Shown here one piece after another: positions 38,963 through 48,328 of a DNA stretch of 64,000 nucleotides. The notes below the pieces were generated by a model. It searched no databases. It was not told the origin of the DNA and was given only the letters and a program-made list of their open reading frames with translations. Made by a program: the position numbers and the translations under genes. How positions within the stretch are numbered: the first letter of the stretch is position 1; the number at the start of each line of letters is the position of its first letter. The DNA comes from a virus: positions 12,947-76,946 of IMG/VR virus record IMGVR_UViG_3300042398_000319, one strand, 5' to 3'.

Positions 38963-39424
38963 ATGACAGCTAAAAAGATAGTTTTCTCTATTTTAGCATT
39001 ATTCTTAGTGTTTTTTGTATTTAATACAGAAGACATAATTGATAACAGAGTAGAGATAGATAACGATGAAGTAGAGTGTTTGGCTAGAAACATTTACTTT
39101 GAAGCTAGAAACCAACCGATAGAGGGCCAAGAAGCTGTAGCTCATGTAACTTTAAACCGACTTAAGTCAGGTAAACATGGGGACAGTATTTGTCAGGTAG
39201 TATATCAACCTTATGCTTTCTCTTGGACTCTTAAGTCTAAGGCTGTAATGAAAGAGATTAAAGCAGAGGCACTAGCCAGAGATGTAGCATTTAAGACATT
39301 ATTAGGTCATACAAAGGACCCTACTAACGGTGCTACCCACTATCATGCTACCTATGTTACTCCTCACTGGAGTAAGAAATTAGAGAAGAAGGTTAAAATC
39401 TCTTCTCATATATTTTATGAATAA
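38963..39424 (+). CDS. Cell wall hydrolase, SleB / Hydrolase_2 family
   Basis: CLARNIYFEAR...AVAHVTLNR...ICQVV...FSW...TNGATHYH; N-terminal hydrophobic anchor. Confidence 0.9.
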   Translation: MTAKKIVFSILALFLVFFVFNTEDIIDNRVEIDNDEVECLARNIYFEARNQPIEGQEAVAHVTLNRLKSGKHGDSICQVVYQPYAFSWTLKSKAVMKEIKAEALARDVAFKTLLGHTKDPTNGATHYHATYVTPHWSKKLEKKVKISSHIFYE

Positions 39425-39456
39425 AGGTTTGTAGAGACCTTAAAACTCTACAGGCT

Positions 39457-39542
39457 CCCCTCCAGGGTACTCTTTAACTGATCTCTTCGGGGGTTGGTTA
39501 GAGGGTACTCTGGAGGGGTCATCCTTCTTTTTTTTTTTTTTT
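39457..39542 (+). terminator. 29-bp RNA hairpin with cUUCGg loop followed by a 15-nt T tract (terminator or processing site)
   Basis: 39457-39485 pairs with 39490-39518 using only Watson-Crick and G-U pairs; T15 at 39528-39542. Confidence 0.65.
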
Positions 39543-39550
39543 GAAAAAAT

Positions 39551-39567
39551 ACCAGGGGACGCTAAAG
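39551..39567 (+). promoter_or_regulatory. Putative phage RNAP promoter (class B) for the packaging/lysis/head operon
   Basis: ACCAGGGGACGCTAAAG directly after the terminator. Confidence 0.8.
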
Positions 39568-39695
39568 AGAGAATCCTATCCAAAAGGGGGATTTAGGGGG
39601 TTAATATTAAAAGAGTAACTTAATAGCGGTAGCATTAAGGTACATTAATTATTGTTGTTGTTAATTAAAAATAATATTATAAAATATTTTTAAAG

Positions 39696-39719
39696 GAGTA
39701 CTTTAAAGAGTACTTTAAA
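39696..39719. repeat. 12-bp tandem repeat within an AT-rich intergenic segment
   Basis: GAGTACTTTAAA twice. Confidence 0.7.
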
Positions 39720-39823
39720 ATATTATTTTAAATATCATTCTGTAACACTTGTGTAGAGACACTATCCATTTCGGATAGAAGGTGTCTCCCGGTGTCTATG
39801 GATTTATACTAAAGGAATTTAAA

Positions 39824-40111
39824 ATGGAATCAATCGTACAAGTAGCTATTGTTGTGTTAAGCACAGGTGCCTTCTGGACCTATCTACATAACAAAGATAA
39901 ACAGCGCCAAGAGGCCCATGATAAGCTTACTGAATTGCTTATGTCTGAAGTTAAGAAGCTTGAAGGCAAAGTTGATAAGCTTTTAAGGGACAAAGAAGAG
40001 TTGCTCACTATGATCTCTGATTTAAAGATTCAACTTCATAGCAATAACATTGTTCCTGTTGTTAAAGCCCCTGCTAAAACAGCTAAGAGAAACACTAAGG
40101 CTATCGTTTAA
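39824..40111 (+). CDS. Membrane-anchored coiled-coil protein
   Basis: AAGGA RBS; N-terminal hydrophobic helix followed by heptads. Confidence 0.6.
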   Translation: MESIVQVAIVVLSTGAFWTYLHNKDKQRQEAHDKLTELLMSEVKKLEGKVDKLLRDKEELLTMISDLKIQLHSNNIVPVVKAPAKTAKRNTKAIV

Positions 40112-40123
40112 GAAAGTAATATT

Positions 40124-40522
40124 ATGACTACCTCAACAAACAAAGAGGTCAAAGATACCTCAACTGGGGTAGTTCAAGACCCAAATGTGTCAGAGAGAAC
40201 CCGTGGTGGACTTAGACCTGGACAGGGTCGCCCAAAGGGAACTACCACAATCTATTCAAAAGAATCAGTTAAGAAGCTTCAAACACTAGGATTTGACCCC
40301 ATTGAGAAACTTGTGGATCACTACTACAAGGTGCAGGATAAGATTAATGCTATGGAGAGTGGCCAAACAAGGTACTCTGCAGTGGCCTTAGCGAACCTCT
40401 TGAACATCCAGACAAGTGTGATGAATACGCTCATGCGATATGGTTACAGACAGGTGCCTGAGAAGAGTGAACAAGTAATTGAAGATAAAAAGCCGCTTAA
40501 GATTGTCTTCACAAATGAATAA
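40124..40522 (+). CDS. Putative terminase small subunit
   Basis: RGGLRPGQGRPKG motif; lies upstream of TerL. Confidence 0.65.
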   Translation: MTTSTNKEVKDTSTGVVQDPNVSERTRGGLRPGQGRPKGTTTIYSKESVKKLQTLGFDPIEKLVDHYYKVQDKINAMESGQTRYSAVALANLLNIQTSVMNTLMRYGYRQVPEKSEQVIEDKKPLKIVFTNE

Positions 40523-40589
40523 TTAAGTATACACTGAAATAAAATAAATAAAATTATTACAGTTACGTATACAATAAAAAGGAATACAT

Positions 40590-40796
40590 ATGAGAGTACA
40601 ATCAGCAGCAGAATACAGCATTGAATACTACACAGATGCTATAATAAAGCTCAAGGAAGCCTCCAATAAGATCTTTCAAGAAGGCATTCAAGCACGATAC
40701 GAGTTAGCTCAGTTCAATAAGAAACTTGAAGAGCTTAGACAATGTAATAAGAAGAAGGACATCGTAACCAAAGATAAGGTTGATGTGATCGTTTAA
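40590..40796 (+). CDS. Hypothetical protein
   Basis: AAGGA RBS; abuts TerL. Confidence 0.55.
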   Translation: MRVQSAAEYSIEYYTDAIIKLKEASNKIFQEGIQARYELAQFNKKLEELRQCNKKKDIVTKDKVDVIV

Positions 40797-42122
40797 ATGT
40801 CAAATGAAATTAAATTACACAGAGGTCAGTCTGAAGTATTAAAGTATTTGTTCTCAGAGAAGGGTGGCACTAGATATGCTGCTACAGTAGCTTCACGAGG
40901 TTTTGGTAAGAGTTACCTTGCTAGTGTTGCCGCTACAATGGCTGTTCATGAGTTGCTAGAGATGCCTGAAGATGTTCCTAATAAGAATGTCTCGATTATC
41001 TGTCCAACATACCAACAGTCTTTAGATATTTATTGGCCTCTATTAGCCTACAACCTAGGCTTAGAGGATTATGCTGAGAAGTCATCTCAGACAGCTGGAA
41101 CATTCTGGTTTCAGAACAATGTAAAGCTTAAGCTATGGTCCTATGAAGCATCTGAGAGGATGCGGGGATCAGGTCAGTACTTTGTTGTTGGAGATGAGGT
41201 CTCTGACTGGACTGGTCAGCCAGGACTTAAAGAGTCTTGGGAATCTATCATTCAACCCGCTATGACTACACGTTGGGCAGGTAACCATAAGGCCCTTATT
41301 ATCGGTACACCTAAGGGTATGAATTACTTCTACGACATGACTAATTTTGAGTCTATGGACAACCGTTGGAAGACCTTTAGATATACCTATAGGGACTCTC
41401 CATATCTATCTGTGGAAGAGATCGAGAGGACTAAGCGTCTGATTGACCCTATGAAGTTTGCTCGAGAGTATGAGTGTTCCTTTGAGGACTCTGGTGCTAA
41501 GGTATTCTACATGTTTGATCGTAAGACTCATGTGACTGCTGATCTACCTTACTTCAATGTAGAGACAACAAACAAAGAAGATGTCCATGTGGCTATTGAC
41601 TTTAACATCGGCATTATGGCTGCTGTAGTCTTTGCTGTTAGAGCTGGACAGATTCATATCTTAGAGGACATGCAAAATGTTCTCGATACAGAACAATTAG
41701 CTAAGAAGCTTAAAGGTCAATTCAAAGATAAAGGTCATAGGGTATTTGCTTATCCAGACCCTGCGGGAAGAGCTAGGAAGACTAGTGCTGTTGCTGGGGC
41801 TACTGACTTCTCTATCTTAGAGTCTCATGGCATTATCTGTAGAGCACATAAGGCTGCTCCCCCTATTGTTGACTCTGTAGCTGCTGTTAATCGTAAGTTT
41901 AAAAATGCTCATGGAGACATAGACATGTATGTACACCCTAGGGCAGAGCATACTATTCGTTCACTAGAGAGAACTGTATGGGTTGAGAACAATCCAAATA
42001 CAGCACAGATATCTAAGGCAGAGAACGTAGAACACTGGACAGATGCTCTTCGTTATGCTGTTGAATACTTATTTCCTGTTCGTTCAGGTACTAAGACAGT
42101 TACTAAAGGCTTTATGTTCTAA
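40797..42122 (+). CDS. terL: Terminase large subunit
   Basis: ASRGFGKS, VVGDE, GTPKG; nuclease motifs IDFN, YPDPAG, HWTDALRY. Confidence 0.95.
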   Translation: MSNEIKLHRGQSEVLKYLFSEKGGTRYAATVASRGFGKSYLASVAATMAVHELLEMPEDVPNKNVSIICPTYQQSLDIYWPLLAYNLGLEDYAEKSSQTAGTFWFQNNVKLKLWSYEASERMRGSGQYFVVGDEVSDWTGQPGLKESWESIIQPAMTTRWAGNHKALIIGTPKGMNYFYDMTNFESMDNRWKTFRYTYRDSPYLSVEEIERTKRLIDPMKFAREYECSFEDSGAKVFYMFDRKTHVTADLPYFNVETTNKEDVHVAIDFNIGIMAAVVFAVRAGQIHILEDMQNVLDTEQLAKKLKGQFKDKGHRVFAYPDPAGRARKTSAVAGATDFSILESHGIICRAHKAAPPIVDSVAAVNRKFKNAHGDIDMYVHPRAEHTIRSLERTVWVENNPNTAQISKAENVEHWTDALRYAVEYLFPVRSGTKTVTKGFMF

Positions 42123-42196
42123 ACCAAAGGATTATAAATGAAAACCAAAAAGAAACCTCATAAAGAGAGTTATCCCAAGCGTAAAGGTAAGTAATC

Positions 42197-42487
42197 ATGG
42201 CTATTGAATATCGTGGTGAAACCTTTGAAGGTTACAATAAACCAAAGAAAACCCCAGGTAATTCAACTAACTCACATGCAGTGTTAGCCAAGGAAGGTAG
42301 CACTATTAAGCTTATTCGCTTTGGTGCTCAGGGTGTTACTGGATCTCCTCCTAAAGATGGAGAGTCAGACTCCTATCAAGCACGTAGAGAAGCCTTCTAT
42401 GCTCGTCATAAGGCTGATATCCAGAAGGGTAGAATGAGTGCTGCTTACTGGGCATGGGTAGTTAAGTGGACAAACAAATTTAAATAA
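42197..42487 (+). CDS. Conserved basic phage protein
   Basis: LIRFGAQG...RREAFYARH...SAAYWA family pattern. Confidence 0.7.
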   Translation: MAIEYRGETFEGYNKPKKTPGNSTNSHAVLAKEGSTIKLIRFGAQGVTGSPPKDGESDSYQARREAFYARHKADIQKGRMSAAYWAWVVKWTNKFK

Positions 42488-42576
42488 CAATCTGATAGTC
42501 AAGTGATTAAGTTCATGAGATATTCAGCAAGAACCCACCTTAGGGCTGTTGTCGCTACAGTAAAAGGCGTCACTAG

Positions 42577-42645
42577 AGTGGTATAGTTCAATAGGTAGAA
42601 TCAGACGTTATCTCTGGAATGTGAGTTCGAGTCCCACTACCGCTC
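42577..42645 (+). tRNA. Degenerate tRNA / tRNA-like element (identity unassignable)
   Basis: Acceptor AGTGGTA/TACCGCT; D arm GTTC-AATAGGTA-GAAT; T arm GTGAG-TTCGAGT-CCCAC. The anticodon arm is short and non-canonical (CAGA-CGTTATC-TCTG); no encoded CCA. Confidence 0.6.
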
Positions 42646-42678
42646 TTCTTATAACTGGCGTTAGCCAAAAGGATTACA

Positions 42679-43068
42679 ATGTTTTTAATTAACTATATAC
42701 CAATGTGGTTAGTATTTATTGTCTTTATGGTAGGCTTGCTAGGCTTTGTAATTAAAGAGTTCGACCGTTATAGGCCTATTGCTGTAGGCTTAATCTTTGC
42801 TGCATTGTTTATTGCAGGATATAAGTCTTGTAATAATGTCTGGGAAGCTAGGGTTAAATCACTAGAAGAACAAATAGCAGCATTAGAGGCTAAGAAGTCT
42901 GAGGTTAATACACAAATAGTAACCAAAATAGTAACTAAAGAGAAGATCGTTAAAGAGGCTGCTGATGTGCAGATCCAATACATTGACCGTGAGATTGTTA
43001 AATACAATGATCAATGCAAGATCCCTCCAGAGGTCATTACAATACACAATAAGGCGGCTACACAATGA
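42679..43068 (+). CDS. Inner-membrane spanin (Rz-like)
   Basis: N-terminal TM segments plus coiled coil; upstream of a lipoprotein and an endolysin. Confidence 0.7.
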   Translation: MFLINYIPMWLVFIVFMVGLLGFVIKEFDRYRPIAVGLIFAALFIAGYKSCNNVWEARVKSLEEQIAALEAKKSEVNTQIVTKIVTKEKIVKEAADVQIQYIDREIVKYNDQCKIPPEVITIHNKAATQ

Positions 43069-43328
43069 AGAAGCTTATACTATTGTTTACTTTAGCATTA
43101 TCAGGATGCTCTACAGTAGTTCCTGTAGTGGCCAAATTCCCAGAGGCACCTAAAGAGTTACTTACTCTATGCCCTAAACTAAAGGTAGCAGACGAAAAGC
43201 CTGAGCTATCAGAACTCACAAAGACTATTGTGACTAACTATTCCGAATATCACTTATGTGCTAACCGTGTTGAAGGTTGGAGTGAGTGGTATACACAACA
43301 AAAGAAACTGTTTGAGGCGCTTAAATGA
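43065..43328 (+). CDS. Outer-membrane spanin lipoprotein (Rz1-like)
   Basis: Lipobox LSGC; Pro-rich; additional Cys residues. Confidence 0.75.
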   Translation: MKKLILLFTLALSGCSTVVPVVAKFPEAPKELLTLCPKLKVADEKPELSELTKTIVTNYSEYHLCANRVEGWSEWYTQQKKLFEALK

Positions 43329-43939
43329 TACTAACACTAGATCAGCTTAGACAACTTATTCCACGTAATAAGCATGTCACATATTGGCATCATGCCTTAG
43401 AACAACTCCTACCCGACTATGGTATTGATACCGAGAAGCGTATTGCAGCATTCGTAGCTCAATGTGCTCATGAGTCAGGCGAGTTTACAATGATTAAAGA
43501 AAATCTCAACTATCGTTGGGAGACACTCCGAAGAATCTTCCCTAAGTACTTCCCTAATGATGAACTAGCAAAGCAGTTTGCAGGTAAGCCTGAAGCTATC
43601 GCTAATAAGGTTTACGCTAATCGTATGGGTAATGGAGATGAAGCTTCAGGAGATGGATATAGGTACTCTGGTAGAGGCCTAATACAGTTAACAGGTAAAG
43701 ATAATTATTTTTGGTTTGCTGAGTCTATTGGTATTTCCGCAGAGGAAGCTAGTGAGTACATGAGTACCTTTGAGGGTGCTGCACAGAGTGCTTGCTGGTT
43801 CTGGGAAACTAATAACTTAAATAAATGGGCAGATCAAGGCGATATAGAGACATTAACAAGAAAAATTAACGGAGGTACCATTGGTATCGAGGACCGTAAA
43901 AAGCACTATGCACATGCACTCCATGTACTAGGTGTGTAA
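43325..43939 (+). CDS. Endolysin, glycoside hydrolase family 19
   Basis: FVAQCAHESG, YANRMGN, YSGRGLIQLTGKDNY, INGG. Confidence 0.93.
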   Translation: MILTLDQLRQLIPRNKHVTYWHHALEQLLPDYGIDTEKRIAAFVAQCAHESGEFTMIKENLNYRWETLRRIFPKYFPNDELAKQFAGKPEAIANKVYANRMGNGDEASGDGYRYSGRGLIQLTGKDNYFWFAESIGISAEEASEYMSTFEGAAQSACWFWETNNLNKWADQGDIETLTRKINGGTIGIEDRKKHYAHALHVLGV

Positions 43940-44091
43940 ATGTCTACTACTCTTCTTACCTTAGTGTTAGCTGGTTATGACCCTAAAGCCCCCGTCTGTG
44001 AGAGATGGACATGGCAGGGACCCGTTTATAACCGTAAGGTCAGTTGTTTAAAGTGGAAGAACAATGACAAAACGGATAAAGGGAAAAGAAA

Positions 44092-44586
44092 ATGATTGAT
44101 CCAATGACAGCTCTTGCTGGTATACAATCAGCAATTAGCATGGTTAAGAAGGCTAGTGCCGTAGCCAATGATCTGGGCTCATTAGCCCCTATGATCGGTA
44201 AAATGTTTGATGCTAAGAGTACAGCTACTAAGGCTCTTATCGAGGCTAAACAATCTGGCAAAGGCTCTAATATGGGCACTGCACTGCAAATCGAAATGGC
44301 TCTTGAGCAAGCTCGAGCATTTGAAGAAGAGTTAAAAATGCTCTTTATGCAGACAGGTAAGATAGATGTATGGAATAAAATTAAGTCTCGCCAAGCTGAG
44401 ATGGATCGTGATGATGCCATTGCTATGCGAAAGCTTAAGGATGCAGAGAAGAAAGCTAAAGAGGATGAAGAGTATTATACACAAATAGCTATTGCTGTTG
44501 GTGCTTTATTCTTTGTACTGTTTCTCTTGTTTGTTGGTATTAACGAACTTAGCAATCTATGTCCTCCAGGTGGGTGTGGACGATGA
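44092..44586 (+). CDS. Hypothetical membrane protein
   Basis: MIDPMTALA..., coiled coil, C-terminal TM helix. Confidence 0.6.
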   Translation: MIDPMTALAGIQSAISMVKKASAVANDLGSLAPMIGKMFDAKSTATKALIEAKQSGKGSNMGTALQIEMALEQARAFEEELKMLFMQTGKIDVWNKIKSRQAEMDRDDAIAMRKLKDAEKKAKEDEEYYTQIAIAVGALFFVLFLLFVGINELSNLCPPGGCGR

Positions 44587-44728
44587 ACGAGTATCAGAAG
44601 ACTTTTGATTTATCTTTGAGAATCATTGTATATGGCCTAGTGGCATTATACTTCTTGGGATTTCTAAAATACCTACCAGATGATCTCGCAGAGAAACTCG
44701 TTAACCTATTACTAGGAAAGATTGGACT

Positions 44729-45277
44729 ATGACAGAAGAAAAGAAACCTCTAAGCAGAAGCGAAAGAGAAGCTCTACTAAAAGATAAGGCTGGCTGGGTT
44801 ATTACAGTGCTTGCTGCATTGCTAGCTATTAACACTCTTATGGGTGGCTCTAATAGTTCTAAAGTGTTAAACAACACAATCGAAGCAAACAACACATGGG
44901 CGTTTTATCAGTCTAAGGATATTAAAGGTCGCCTAGCTGAGATCTCTAAAGAGAATGCTCTAGCTAAAGGTAACACCGTTAAGGCAGAAGAATTACAAAA
45001 GAAAATCGATAGATATGAGTCTGAACCTGCTACAGGCGAAGGTAAGAAAGAACTTATGGCCAAGGCTCGTAAGCTAGAGGCTGAGAGAGCAGTAGCTAAA
45101 CAGCGCTCACCATTCTATACTTATGCAGGGTCACTATTCCAGATTGCTATCGTATTATTAACCGCATCTATTCTTGCTGTTAATCGTAATCTATTCAGAG
45201 CCAGTATTGGTGTAGGTGCTGTAGCATCACTGCTAATGTCACAAGCCGTATGGTTGTGGCTACCACTAACAATTTAA
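44729..45277 (+). CDS. Membrane protein (DUF4337-like)
   Basis: AALLAI...NTWAFYQSK...FQIAIVL pattern. Confidence 0.6.
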   Translation: MTEEKKPLSRSEREALLKDKAGWVITVLAALLAINTLMGGSNSSKVLNNTIEANNTWAFYQSKDIKGRLAEISKENALAKGNTVKAEELQKKIDRYESEPATGEGKKELMAKARKLEAERAVAKQRSPFYTYAGSLFQIAIVLLTASILAVNRNLFRASIGVGAVASLLMSQAVWLWLPLTI

Positions 45278-45286
45278 GGAATTCTT

Positions 45287-45730
45287 ATGTCAGAAGAAAT
45301 TAAGGACGAGGCTCCTAAGAAGGAAGAAGAAAGTTGGATCCAGAAGAAGTGGCGTCCAATGATGGCAGTAATGTACATGTGTGTATGTGCCTCTGACTTT
45401 ATCTTGTTTCCTATTATGTTTACAATTGTACAGTTCTGGGAAACTGCTGTTCAGAATGATGCCTTTAGACAGTGGGCTCCATTGACCCTTCAGGGTGGTG
45501 GATTATTCCATATGGCTATGGGTGCTGTACTAGGTATTACTGCATGGTCAAGAGGTCAAGAGAAGATGGCGGGAGTAGCATCAACACCAACTCCAAGTCA
45601 GCCTATGGCTACCCCTCAAAGTGCTCCTATGCAACAAGCTTCGCCACCTCCAGCACCTGCACAACCGCAGGTAACTACAGGCTATGGCGGTAAGTTAGCT
45701 CCTCCACCCTCAGATCATCCTCCTATCTAA
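45287..45730 (+). CDS. Putative holin
   Basis: KWRPMMAVMY...FHMAMGAVLGITAWSRGQEK; TM helices; within the lysis cluster. Confidence 0.6.
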   Translation: MSEEIKDEAPKKEEESWIQKKWRPMMAVMYMCVCASDFILFPIMFTIVQFWETAVQNDAFRQWAPLTLQGGGLFHMAMGAVLGITAWSRGQEKMAGVASTPTPSQPMATPQSAPMQQASPPPAPAQPQVTTGYGGKLAPPPSDHPPI

Positions 45731-45739
45731 AGGATTAAA

Positions 45740-45922
45740 ATGAAACAATTAGTATTACTATTTGCTCTTATGTTTATTGCTCCTACTGTTTATTCAGCAG
45801 AGCCAACAACAAAGAAGGTCTGTAAAGAGACTAAAGACCCTAAGACTGGTAAGTCTAAGGAAGTCTGTAAAGAAATTAAAGTTCATAAAAAGCTAGAGGG
45901 TACTGAAGTACCAAAGAAGTAA
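45740..45922 (+). CDS. Small exported protein
   Basis: Signal peptide; paired Cys. Confidence 0.55.
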   Translation: MKQLVLLFALMFIAPTVYSAEPTTKKVCKETKDPKTGKSKEVCKEIKVHKKLEGTEVPKK

Positions 45923-45933
45923 GGATTTAGCTA

Positions 45934-46659
45934 ATGCAAAAAACCCGTAAAGTTCCACGTAAACAAGCTCAAGTATCACATATTGAGGATTACCAATCTA
46001 ATGTTAAAGTTATTAAGGCCCCAAGGCCATTCCACGTTCAACCTAAGAATGACAAGCAGGACAATCTCCTTACTGCAATTCGTCACTACCCTATCACTGT
46101 CACTATTGGCTGCGCTGGTACAGGTAAAACTTATTGCTCCTCATCTATGGTAGCATCCTTGTTCTTAACAGGCAAGTATGATAAAATAATTTTAAGTAGA
46201 GCTAACGTAGCTACGGGAAAATCTTTAGGACATTTTCCAGGGACCATCGCTGATAAGATGGCTCCTTGGTTAATGCCTATTACTAGTGTTTTAGAGAAGT
46301 CTTTCGGGTTAGGCTTCTATCAATACTTAGTAAACAAAGGTTCAATCGAGATCCAACCACTAGAAACTATTCGTGGTCGATCTTATGAAAACTCACTTGT
46401 CATTGTAGACGAGTGTCAGAATTTAACATTTGAAGAGTTAAAGGCAATTACAACACGCCTTGGCGAGAACTCTAAAATGGTCCTCTGTGGCGATCCTGCC
46501 CAGAGTGATATTAACAGTGGTAAGGACATTTTAAAATTTGTCCAACTATGCAAGAAACATAACATTGACATTCCTATCATCGAGTTTGGTGTAGACGATA
46601 TTGTTCGCTCAGACATCGTTGCAAAGATTGTTAGGATGCTTATGGAGGAGAAACTTTAA
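45934..46659 (+). CDS. phoH: PhoH-like ATPase
   Basis: GCAGTGKT, LGHFPG, RGRS, DECQN, GDPAQSD, DIVRS. Confidence 0.93.
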   Translation: MQKTRKVPRKQAQVSHIEDYQSNVKVIKAPRPFHVQPKNDKQDNLLTAIRHYPITVTIGCAGTGKTYCSSSMVASLFLTGKYDKIILSRANVATGKSLGHFPGTIADKMAPWLMPITSVLEKSFGLGFYQYLVNKGSIEIQPLETIRGRSYENSLVIVDECQNLTFEELKAITTRLGENSKMVLCGDPAQSDINSGKDILKFVQLCKKHNIDIPIIEFGVDDIVRSDIVAKIVRMLMEEKL

Positions 46660-48282
46660 ATGGCAAACCTAACAACGACCCCATCAAAGGCTAAGACAAA
46701 GAGCCTAGGGGATCCAAATGCAGCATACGAGTCTATGCGCCCTCTCTGGGAAAAGGCCAGAGCTGTTCTTAATGGACAACAACATGCAAGAGCATACGAT
46801 GATGTAATTGATACTGCAACATACAATAACTTGCTTTTGCCTTTCTCTCCAACAATGACTGCACAACAGTATAACTTCTATCGTGCTGAAGGTGAGCTTC
46901 CTGGACTAACCGCACAATACGCTAAAGTTCTTGTTGGTGGATTGTTACGTAAACAAGCGGCTATCGAACTTCCAGAGAATGTATTTCCTGAAGGAACTGA
47001 AGACTGGATTCGTACTTCTTTTGGTGCTGATGGTACTTCATTACATGGCTTCTTAGATGCGGCTATTTGGGAAGAGCTACAGTCATCAAGAGCTTGGTGT
47101 TTAGTAGACTATCCTACAGTTGCTAACCCAGATGCTCTCACTATGGAAGAGGCTAAGGCTTTGTCTCCATATGTAATGCTTATTCAAGCAGAGAACATTA
47201 TTAACTGGCGTAGAGGTCAAGACCGTAATACAAACAAACAAGTATTAACAAGTTTACTTTTCCGCTACTACATGGAAGACTATTCTAAAAATGAATTCCA
47301 CCCAGACTATGTAGATACTGTTACTCACTATCACTTAGATGAGTCAGGACTGCTTGTTGTAGATACCTACACACGAGACACTAATGAGTCTGTAAGCGTT
47401 ATTAATGGTAACGTTACATCTAAGTATCAAACAGACAATGCTAATGCAGCATGGGTAAAGACACGTACAGAAGTACCTTTGATGAACGGTGAGAGAATGA
47501 ACTTTATTCCTGCCTATCCATTGAATGGTCAAATTGACCCTGTTGAGCCAATCCTGCAATCACTGATTGATCGTGAAATTGCTCTGTACAACAAGGTTAG
47601 TCGTCGTAATCACTTGCTCTATGGTGCCGCTACTTACACTCCAGTAGTCATGTCAGATATGACTGATGAAGAGTTTGAAAACATTGTAGAGGCAGGTTTA
47701 GGTTCATGGATTAAACTCCGTGCTGGAGACGATATTAAAGCCTTAGATACACCAACAGGTGCATTAAAGGATATGGAAAAGAGTATCGAAGCTACTATTG
47801 AAGAAATGGCTCGTATGGGCATTCGGATGCTTTCACCAGAGGGTTCTTCAGGTGAGTCAGGCGTAAGTCTAGAAATCCGTAATGCTGCTCAGACTGCTCA
47901 ACTAGGTATGCTTAATACACGTATCTCAGAAACAATGAGACAGATCATTGCAGTAATGCTTAAGTGGAAATATAATATCGAAGTTCTTCCAACAGATATT
48001 AAGTTCACATTAAGCGCTGACTTTAACCCTACTCCTGTAGGCGCAGACTGGATGAGACTAGTTACAGAATGGTACCAGCAAGGTATTATTCCACGTTCTA
48101 CATTTATCTCTATTGCTAAATTCAATGATGTACTCCCAGCTGAATACAACGATGAAGAAGGTGTTGCAGAGATCCAGAGTGATCCTCTTGTAGACACTAA
48201 GGCAATGAGTATAGACTCTTCAATTGCGGATACAGATAATATGCGCCCTAATAATAGGGATGATGATAACGATAACGTATAA
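46660..48282 (+). CDS. Portal protein (DUF4055-type)
   Basis: 540 aa; first head gene; WCLVDYP, AENIINW, ESGVSL motifs. Confidence 0.85.
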   Translation: MANLTTTPSKAKTKSLGDPNAAYESMRPLWEKARAVLNGQQHARAYDDVIDTATYNNLLLPFSPTMTAQQYNFYRAEGELPGLTAQYAKVLVGGLLRKQAAIELPENVFPEGTEDWIRTSFGADGTSLHGFLDAAIWEELQSSRAWCLVDYPTVANPDALTMEEAKALSPYVMLIQAENIINWRRGQDRNTNKQVLTSLLFRYYMEDYSKNEFHPDYVDTVTHYHLDESGLLVVDTYTRDTNESVSVINGNVTSKYQTDNANAAWVKTRTEVPLMNGERMNFIPAYPLNGQIDPVEPILQSLIDREIALYNKVSRRNHLLYGAATYTPVVMSDMTDEEFENIVEAGLGSWIKLRAGDDIKALDTPTGALKDMEKSIEATIEEMARMGIRMLSPEGSSGESGVSLEIRNAAQTAQLGMLNTRISETMRQIIAVMLKWKYNIEVLPTDIKFTLSADFNPTPVGADWMRLVTEWYQQGIIPRSTFISIAKFNDVLPAEYNDEEGVAEIQSDPLVDTKAMSIDSSIADTDNMRPNNRDDDNDNV

Positions 48283-48290
48283 TAAGGACA

Positions 48291-48322
48291 TCCTTGATGT
48301 AGTTATTATGCGACATTAAGGA
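48291..48322 (+). promoter_or_regulatory. Hairpin occluding the Shine-Dalgarno of the MuF-RNAP gene
   Basis: TCCTTGATGT (48291-48300) pairs with ACATTAAGGA (48313-48322); SD AAGGAG is at 48318-48323. Confidence 0.55.
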
Positions 48323-48328
48323 GTTCAA

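Noticed and set aside
42606-42612. Ochre (UAA) suppressor tRNA or stop-codon reassignment suggested by the central TTA triplet
   Set aside because: The loop lacks U33 and purine 37 and the stem is short. Most genes here end in TAA, and ORFs are intact under the standard code.
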